A program made the position numbers and the translations under genes. The notes beneath the pieces were generated by a model that was given only the letters and a program-made list of their open reading frames with translations, searched no databases and was not told the DNA's origin. Positions 58,531 to 64,000 of a DNA stretch of 64,000 nucleotides are shown here, one piece after another; position 1 is the stretch's first letter; each line of letters starts with the position of its first letter. The DNA comes from Bernardetia sp. MNP-M8 (GTDB lineage: Bacteria > Bacteroidota > Bacteroidia > Cytophagales > Bernardetiaceae). The DNA lies in contig NZ_CP147012.1 in NCBI RefSeq assembly GCF_037126285.1, positions 3,244,676 through 3,308,675 on the forward strand. The letters run 5' to 3'.

Positions 58531-59043
58531 TTACCTTAATTTTCTAAAAGTCAGACTCATACGAGGATTTTCTGTATTTGACTTTGGAATGGAATGCTGC
58601 CAATTATTTTGAGTTTCTTGATTCATATAAAAAAGACTTCCAGAAGGCAGTTCAAATTCCTTGAAAATAGTTTTGTTTTCTATGTTTCTAAACTTCAAAA
58701 TTCTAGTTTCTCCTAAAGAAATAATTGCAATCCCTGTATTTTCGGCTAAAATATCAATTTGGTCAGAATGATAACCCATTTTTGACAGTCCATTTTCATA
58801 ATAATTTATCAAACAATTATTTGTCTCAAAATTCAATTCTATTTTTATATTCTGACGAATTTTTTCCAAAAAACTAGGAAATTCTTGAAAAGGATAGCTC
58901 ATCTGAGAATAATTATAAGCCTTTCCAAAACTTGCTGTTTTGCGTGCTTTCATTCGGTTATCCCAAATTATAGAAATATTAATCAATTCAAATAGACTTT
59001 GTGGATTTTGTATGAAGTTTGGTTTTAGGAGGATGTCATTCAT
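58531..59043 (-). CDS. alkB: AlkB-like 2OG-Fe(II) dioxygenase (alkylated DNA/RNA repair)
   Basis: 'GYHSDQ' HxD iron ligands and C-terminal 'RMSLTFRKL' 2OG-binding Arg motif. Confidence 0.7.
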   Translation of the reverse strand: MNDILLKPNFIQNPQSLFELINISIIWDNRMKARKTASFGKAYNYSQMSYPFQEFPSFLEKIRQNIKIELNFETNNCLINYYENGLSKMGYHSDQIDILAENTGIAIISLGETRILKFRNIENKTIFKEFELPSGSLFYMNQETQNNWQHSIPKSNTENPRMSLTFRKLR

Positions 59044-59143
59044 TAGAGTTTAATTTTTATAAAAAAAAGGTTCAGAAATTACTTCAAAATAAAGTAGTTT
59101 CTGAACCATTAAGTTCATTTTCTAAAAGATATAAAAGTAAATC

Positions 59144-59482
59144 TTATAGATTTGCATCTAAAATAGTATCGTCTTTGATATAGGTTTCATCATCATTTGT
59201 TTTCCAATTTTTCTCTAAGATTCTATAAAATCCCCAACATGCTAAAACTCCAAAGGGAATAGCAATTAAGCCAATTAGATTTTCATCTACACTTTCAATA
59301 TTGTAGTAAGATGATAAGAAAAGATCAGAAACTACAAAAATAATAAATGCTCCTACCACAGTGCCTACATAATAGGAAAGTACGCCCAAGACAGCAAAAA
59401 GCCATTTGTTCTTTTCTCTTTCTTTAGCAAGTTTGAAAAAAGCTCTTCCTATAGACCATATTAGGAATAAACCAATTATCAT
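59144..59482 (-). CDS. Hypothetical small membrane protein
   Basis: 112 aa with 3 hydrophobic segments. Confidence 0.4.
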   Translation of the reverse strand: MIIGLFLIWSIGRAFFKLAKEREKNKWLFAVLGVLSYYVGTVVGAFIIFVVSDLFLSSYYNIESVDENLIGLIAIPFGVLACWGFYRILEKNWKTNDDETYIKDDTILDANL

Positions 59483-59501
59483 AGTATTATAAATTAAAGT
59501 T

Positions 59502-61004
59502 TTACTTCATCTTTTCTAATTCCTGTTCTATCAAAGCACTTGCAACTTTTGGGTCGGCTTTTCCTTTCGATTTTTTCATTACTTGTCCCATAAACATTCC
59601 TAGCAAACCAACTTTTCCACCGTTATATTCAGCTACTTTATCAGGAAATTGAGCCAAAACTTCTTTCACGATAGGCAAAATAGAATCTTCATCACTACTC
59701 TGAATCATATCCAATTCTTTCGCTTTTTCTTCTGGCGATTTGGTAGTGTCTTCTATTAGTGCAGGAAAAAGTTTTTGAGCAGCTAAGGCAAAACTTACTT
59801 TGTTCGAATCTACAAGTTCGATAAGCTGTGCCATTTTATCTGTATTTATTTTTGAAGCAAAATCAGAAAAAGAGATTTTATTTTCATTCAAATACGATTT
59901 TACAATATTGGTAATCCAGTTGGAAGCAGCTTTGTAATTTTTTGTTTTTTGACATAATTCATCAAAATATAAAGCTGTTTCTTTATCATCAATCAAAATA
60001 TTTGTGTCATATTCTGAAAGTTCATAGTCTTTCATAAAACGTGCTTTTAGTTCACGAGGAAGTGCAGGAAGTGAGGCTTTCACTGTCTGTAAATATTCCT
60101 CTGTAACTACTAATGGCTGCAAATCTGGCTCTGGAAAATAACGATAGTCATTCAACGTCTCTTTTGCACGAAGGCTGTATGTATTTCCTGTATTGGCATC
60201 AAACATACGTGTTTCTCCATAAATTTCGCCTGTTGTAGCTGGGTCTTCATAAAACTCTACTTGACGAATTACTTCAAAATCAATTGCTCTTTGTACGTTT
60301 CTAAACGAGTTCATGTTTTTTACTTCTACTCGTGTACGATAGGCTTCTTCTCCTTTAAGTCGTACCGAAATATTGGCATCACAACGCATCGAACCCTCTT
60401 CCATGTTTCCATCACAAATTTCTAAGTAACGCAAAAGACGACGCACTTCTTGCAAATAATAATAGGCTTCTTCACTAGAACGCAAACAAGGCTCAGAAAC
60501 AATCTCAATCAAAGGAACTCCTGCACGGTTCAAATCGACAAGCGTGTCGACTTCGGCAGCCAAGTGCATTGATTTTCCTGCATCTTCTTCCATGTGAATG
60601 CGTGTCAGTTCTAGGCTTTTTTCTTCGCCACTTGGAAGTGTAATCGGAATAAAACCACCTCTACAAATTGGCGTTTTGTCTTGTGTAATCTGATAGCCTT
60701 TTGGCAAATCGGGATAAAAATAATTTTTTCTATCAAAAATATTGTATTCTGTAATATCACAACCACAAGCAACGCCCATTTTGATAGCGTATTCCAATAC
60801 TTTTTTGTTGCATTTTGGAAGCGTACCGGGGTGAGCGAGCGTAATTACACTTACATTTGTGTTTGGCAAGCTGCCATATTCATTGGGGTCAGAAGAATAG
60901 GCTTTTGTTTGGGTAAGAAGTTGAGCATGGACTTCAAGACCAATTACAATTTCGTATTTTTCTAATGCTTTATCTAGCTTTTCTTGTAATTCTTGTGCTG
61001 TCAT
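59502..61004 (-). CDS. gatB: Aspartyl/glutamyl-tRNA(Asn/Gln) amidotransferase subunit B
   Basis: 'VIGLEVHAQL' and 'GTLPKCNKK' N-terminal GatB motifs. C-terminal Yqey-like tail. ATG 61004 chosen (MTAQELQEKL). Confidence 0.9.
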   Translation of the reverse strand: MTAQELQEKLDKALEKYEIVIGLEVHAQLLTQTKAYSSDPNEYGSLPNTNVSVITLAHPGTLPKCNKKVLEYAIKMGVACGCDITEYNIFDRKNYFYPDLPKGYQITQDKTPICRGGFIPITLPSGEEKSLELTRIHMEEDAGKSMHLAAEVDTLVDLNRAGVPLIEIVSEPCLRSSEEAYYYLQEVRRLLRYLEICDGNMEEGSMRCDANISVRLKGEEAYRTRVEVKNMNSFRNVQRAIDFEVIRQVEFYEDPATTGEIYGETRMFDANTGNTYSLRAKETLNDYRYFPEPDLQPLVVTEEYLQTVKASLPALPRELKARFMKDYELSEYDTNILIDDKETALYFDELCQKTKNYKAASNWITNIVKSYLNENKISFSDFASKINTDKMAQLIELVDSNKVSFALAAQKLFPALIEDTTKSPEEKAKELDMIQSSDEDSILPIVKEVLAQFPDKVAEYNGGKVGLLGMFMGQVMKKSKGKADPKVASALIEQELEKMK

Positions 61005-61236
61005 TTGTAGAGAACGTATATTTTCAGTTATTTTTATAGCAAAAGTAAGATGCAAAGATAGTTTTTTTCTTTGTAAAAGTTTTGAGTTTTGGAAAAACTA
61101 CTTTTTAGTAATTTATTACAGTTAAGGATTTGTAGCTAAACTTATTGCCAGCGTTCTTTTGGATTTCCGAAAAGCTATTTACAAATGTTGATAATATATC
61201 TTTATTTCCAAATCAAAAATAAATTAATCAAAAATA

Positions 61237-61599
61237 ATGAAATACCTACTTATTTTACCTCTAGCAATTTTACTTTTTGTAAGTTGTGTAGATAATTCGA
61301 AAACATCAAATCAAACGGACTCTGAAACAGCAGAAAATGATACTGAAAATTTTCCCACTTTTCAAATTTATGGAGAACTATTACCAGTAGATTGTTTGAA
61401 TGGTGAAAATTCAATTACAGAAAAATATGGATTTCGAATGGAGAGAATTTCGGGTTGTAACGTAGGAGTTTTTCAGGCTATAATAGCCAACATAAATAAT
61501 AAAGTAGTATTAGAAAAAATGAACATAAAATATGGCAAGAATTGGCAAGCTAAGTTTGAGAAAGAGACAGGATATAAATTATGGATTCCTCTTGATTAA
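61237..61599 (+). CDS. Hypothetical lipoprotein
   Basis: Signal peptide with 'LFVSC' lipobox. Confidence 0.45.
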   Translation: MKYLLILPLAILLFVSCVDNSKTSNQTDSETAENDTENFPTFQIYGELLPVDCLNGENSITEKYGFRMERISGCNVGVFQAIIANINNKVVLEKMNIKYGKNWQAKFEKETGYKLWIPLD

Positions 61600-61747
61600 T
61601 CTTTTTTAAAAAGGCATTATTTTACTTCTGACTTTATTTTTTTGTAAGTTTGCTTTTTTTTAAGATAGAAAAATAAGTAAAATTTCAAGGAAAACCACCA
61701 ATAATTAAAATAGAATTACTCACTAGAACACAGAAAAATAAATATCT

Positions 61748-62629
61748 ATGTCGCCTAATAATACAGAAAACTCAAATCGTTTGAAAATAGCGATACAAAA
61801 ATCGGGTCGTTTGAGTGAAAAATCACTTGCTCTACTTAAAGAATGTGGAATTCAAATCACAACAAGCCCGAATGCGTTGCGTGCAGAAGCATCTAATTTT
61901 CCCTTAGAAATTCTTTTCTTAAGAGATGATGATATTCCAGAATATGTACAAGATGGCGTTGCTGATGTTGGAATCATTGGCGAAAATGTAATGCTTGAAA
62001 AAGGTAAAAAATTGGAGATTGTGGACCGATTAGGTTTTGCAAAATGTCGTTTGTCTTTGGCTGTGCCTAGAGGAACAACTTATGATGATGTTTCTTTTTT
62101 TGATGGAAAACGTATTGCTACTTCGTATCCAAAAATCTTGGGTGATTATTTTAAAGAAAAAAATGTAAATGCTGAAATCCACATGATTAGTGGTTCGGTA
62201 GAAATTGCGCCTAGTATTGGTCTTTCAGAAGGAGTTTGTGATATTGTAAGCTCTGGAAGTACACTTTTGAGCAATGGACTAAAAGAAGTAGAAACGGTTT
62301 TGAAGTCAGAAGCTGTTTTGGTAGCAAATCCAGATTTTAATGGCGAAAAACGCAAGAATTTTGAGAAACTTTTATTTAGAATGCAATCTGTAAGACGTTC
62401 ACACAAAAATAAATATATTCTTTTAAATGCGCCAAAATCAAAATTGGATGCCATTATTTCAGTTTTACCTGGTTTAAAAAGTCCTACTATTATGCCTTTG
62501 GCTGATGATAATTGGGTTTCTGTTCATACTGTTATTAATGAAGATGACTTTTGGGAAAAAATTGATGCACTACAAGGAGCAGGTGCAGAAGGAATATTAG
62601 TTATTCCTATCGAAAAAATGATTGTGTAA
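61748..62629 (+). CDS. hisG: ATP phosphoribosyltransferase (long form)
   Basis: 'LKIAIQKSGRLSEKSL' N-terminus and C-terminal regulatory domain. Length ~290 aa. Confidence 0.85.
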   Translation: MSPNNTENSNRLKIAIQKSGRLSEKSLALLKECGIQITTSPNALRAEASNFPLEILFLRDDDIPEYVQDGVADVGIIGENVMLEKGKKLEIVDRLGFAKCRLSLAVPRGTTYDDVSFFDGKRIATSYPKILGDYFKEKNVNAEIHMISGSVEIAPSIGLSEGVCDIVSSGSTLLSNGLKEVETVLKSEAVLVANPDFNGEKRKNFEKLLFRMQSVRRSHKNKYILLNAPKSKLDAIISVLPGLKSPTIMPLADDNWVSVHTVINEDDFWEKIDALQGAGAEGILVIPIEKMIV

Positions 62630-62644
62630 AAACTAAATTCTAGT

Positions 62645-63973
62645 TCAAGCTTCGACGTTTGAACTAGAATCTATTTTTATTCCTACAATGGTAACATCAT
62701 CAGTTTGTTTGGTAAAGTCGCACCATTCCATAAATGTCATTTTCAAGCGTGTTCGTTGTTTTGACATGGGAAGTTGGTGTATTTTTAAAAATAATTCTCT
62801 CAAATTTTTACTATAAAATTTTCTATTTTCATTTCCTCCAAACTGGTCTTGAAAACCATCTGTGTACATATAAACTATTGTAGGTACAGAAATATCTATT
62901 TGGTGATCAGTAAATCTATTACCTATTTTGGACTTGAAATTTGAGTTACCAATACTCATTTTGTCGCCTTGAATGGTTTTCATTTCTCCGTTCTGAATAT
63001 ATGTAATTGGATTTCTAGCTCCTGCAAAATGTAATTTCTTTGTTTCATAATTAATTGTTGAAATAGAAATATCCATTCCATCTTTTATATTATGGACACT
63101 TCCACTAAAAAGAGTAGAAAAATAAACTTGTAAGGCATCTAAAATCAAAGCAGGTTCTGTAATTCCTTTTTCTAACACAATATTATTCAAAAGACTTTCT
63201 CCTATCATTGTTAGCATTGCCCCTGGAACGCCATGACCTGTACAGTCTGCTACTACGATTATTTTATTTTTGGCTTTTCCTTTTGCCCAATAAAAATCTC
63301 CTGAAACAATATCTTTAGGGCTATAAAAAACCATTACATTTTTTTCTCCAAACAGATTATCTAAATCAGAAAAAGAAGGTAAAACAGCTTCTTGAATTCG
63401 AAGAGCATATCTGATGCTATCAGTAGTATGTTTATTAGCATTTTCTAATTGCTCTGACTGTATTTGTAATTCTTCTGTTTGTTGAGCAAGTTCATTATTA
63501 AAAGACATAACCTTTTGACTTTGCTCTTTTAATTTACTATTTAACTGAATTAAATCCTTTGAAGATTCATTAGATACATAACTATAATACATCGTAACAA
63601 TGATTACTATTACAGAAACACTACTAATATTCAAAATTTCAAAAACAAATACTTCTATTTCATTAAGGGGAGCTATTGGGTTTTCATAGTTAGTATAAGT
63701 CGCCAAAGCGATATAAAAAACTACACAAGTTACATTGATAATATGAGCAGCAATAGCATTGCTTTTGGAAATAACCAAAGCTGACAGAATAGGAATAAAG
63801 AAGTAAATATGAAAGTTAGGTGTCCATCCTAATAAAAAAATAGCAAAAGTAGCATGAACAAGTATCTCTAAACTCGCTAAAATAAGTAGAAGAGTAGGGT
63901 TTCTTGATGAGCTACGATTAAAGTAAAAAATGCAGGCAAAAGTTAGAATACTTCCTATATTTAGATACATCAT
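62645..63973 (-). CDS. Membrane-anchored PP2C/SpoIIE-family serine phosphatase (multi-TM N-terminal sensor + coiled coil + PPM domain). The N-terminus may extend beyond the window.
   Basis: 'SGDFYW', 'VADCTGHGVPGAMLTMI' and 'YTDGFQDQFG' SpoIIE/RsbU motifs. 4-5 TM helices in the N-terminus. Confidence 0.7.
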   Translation of the reverse strand: MMYLNIGSILTFACIFYFNRSSSRNPTLLLILASLEILVHATFAIFLLGWTPNFHIYFFIPILSALVISKSNAIAAHIINVTCVVFYIALATYTNYENPIAPLNEIEVFVFEILNISSVSVIVIIVTMYYSYVSNESSKDLIQLNSKLKEQSQKVMSFNNELAQQTEELQIQSEQLENANKHTTDSIRYALRIQEAVLPSFSDLDNLFGEKNVMVFYSPKDIVSGDFYWAKGKAKNKIIVVADCTGHGVPGAMLTMIGESLLNNIVLEKGITEPALILDALQVYFSTLFSGSVHNIKDGMDISISTINYETKKLHFAGARNPITYIQNGEMKTIQGDKMSIGNSNFKSKIGNRFTDHQIDISVPTIVYMYTDGFQDQFGGNENRKFYSKNLRELFLKIHQLPMSKQRTRLKMTFMEWCDFTKQTDDVTIVGIKIDSSSNVEA

Positions 63974-64000
63974 AAAATGAGAATCAAATAGGAAAAAAAG

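Noticed and set aside
60681-60965. 94-aa plus-strand ORF
   Set aside because: Antisense to gatB. Shadow ORF.
1-64000. Scanned for CRISPR arrays, tRNA/rRNA genes, transposases and integrases
   Set aside because: No regularly spaced short repeats and no tRNA-like cloverleaf candidates in the larger intergenic regions (7686..7840, 18871..19116, 48349..48869). No ORF with transposase or integrase motifs. Absence call is by eye only.

Overview
AT-rich, gene-dense 64-kb chromosomal window that looks like a Bacteroidota (Cytophagia/Flexibacter-like) genome. This is a guess from composition and gene content, including a T9SS-type C-terminal sorting domain, a DUF5686 protein and CarboxypepD_reg-domain proteins. 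Housekeeping genes present are holB, a class A PBP, rpsA, gatB, hisG and two tandem mscL copies. A canonical bacteriophytochrome light-sensing cluster is present (heme oxygenase, BphP, a single-domain response regulator and a hybrid REC-kinase). Three accessory regions stand out. (1) A 3-kb insertion immediately downstream of holB, delimited by three diverged copies of the holB 3' end, carrying four small membrane-anchored or secreted proteins of unknown function. (2) A locus of three paralogous double-glycine-leader, cysteine-rich precursor peptides, each with its own conserved upstream element and terminator, followed by a fusion protein and a membrane fusion protein. The fusion protein is a Cys-less peptidase-C39-like domain joined to a VKOR membrane domain (CxxC) and a thioredoxin-like CPPC domain; the membrane fusion protein is HlyD-family. 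There is no PCAT-type ABC transporter in the window, and a pseudogene remnant of a second copy of the fusion protein lies between the peptide genes. This looks like an uncharacterised oxidative-folding and export system for disulfide-rich ribosomally synthesized, GG-leader (bacteriocin-like) peptides. (3) A 2.7-kb islet bounded by two near-identical terminator-like hairpins. It encodes two tandem small paralogs that both end in KLSYYPK, a 593-aa OLD-family ABC-ATPase + TOPRIM nuclease translationally coupled to them, and an overlapping small acidic protein. This is a candidate uncharacterised OLD-based phage-defence operon without a Gabija-type helicase. Other observations: a GT2 gene whose conserved N-terminus lies upstream of any canonical start codon, an unusually long perfect hairpin with a pseudoknot-like repeat arrangement downstream of alkB, and a beta-lactamase-fold protein that appears to lack the SxxK lysine. 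No rRNA, tRNA, CRISPR array or transposase was recognised. All calls come from reading the sequence and ORF translations without database searches.
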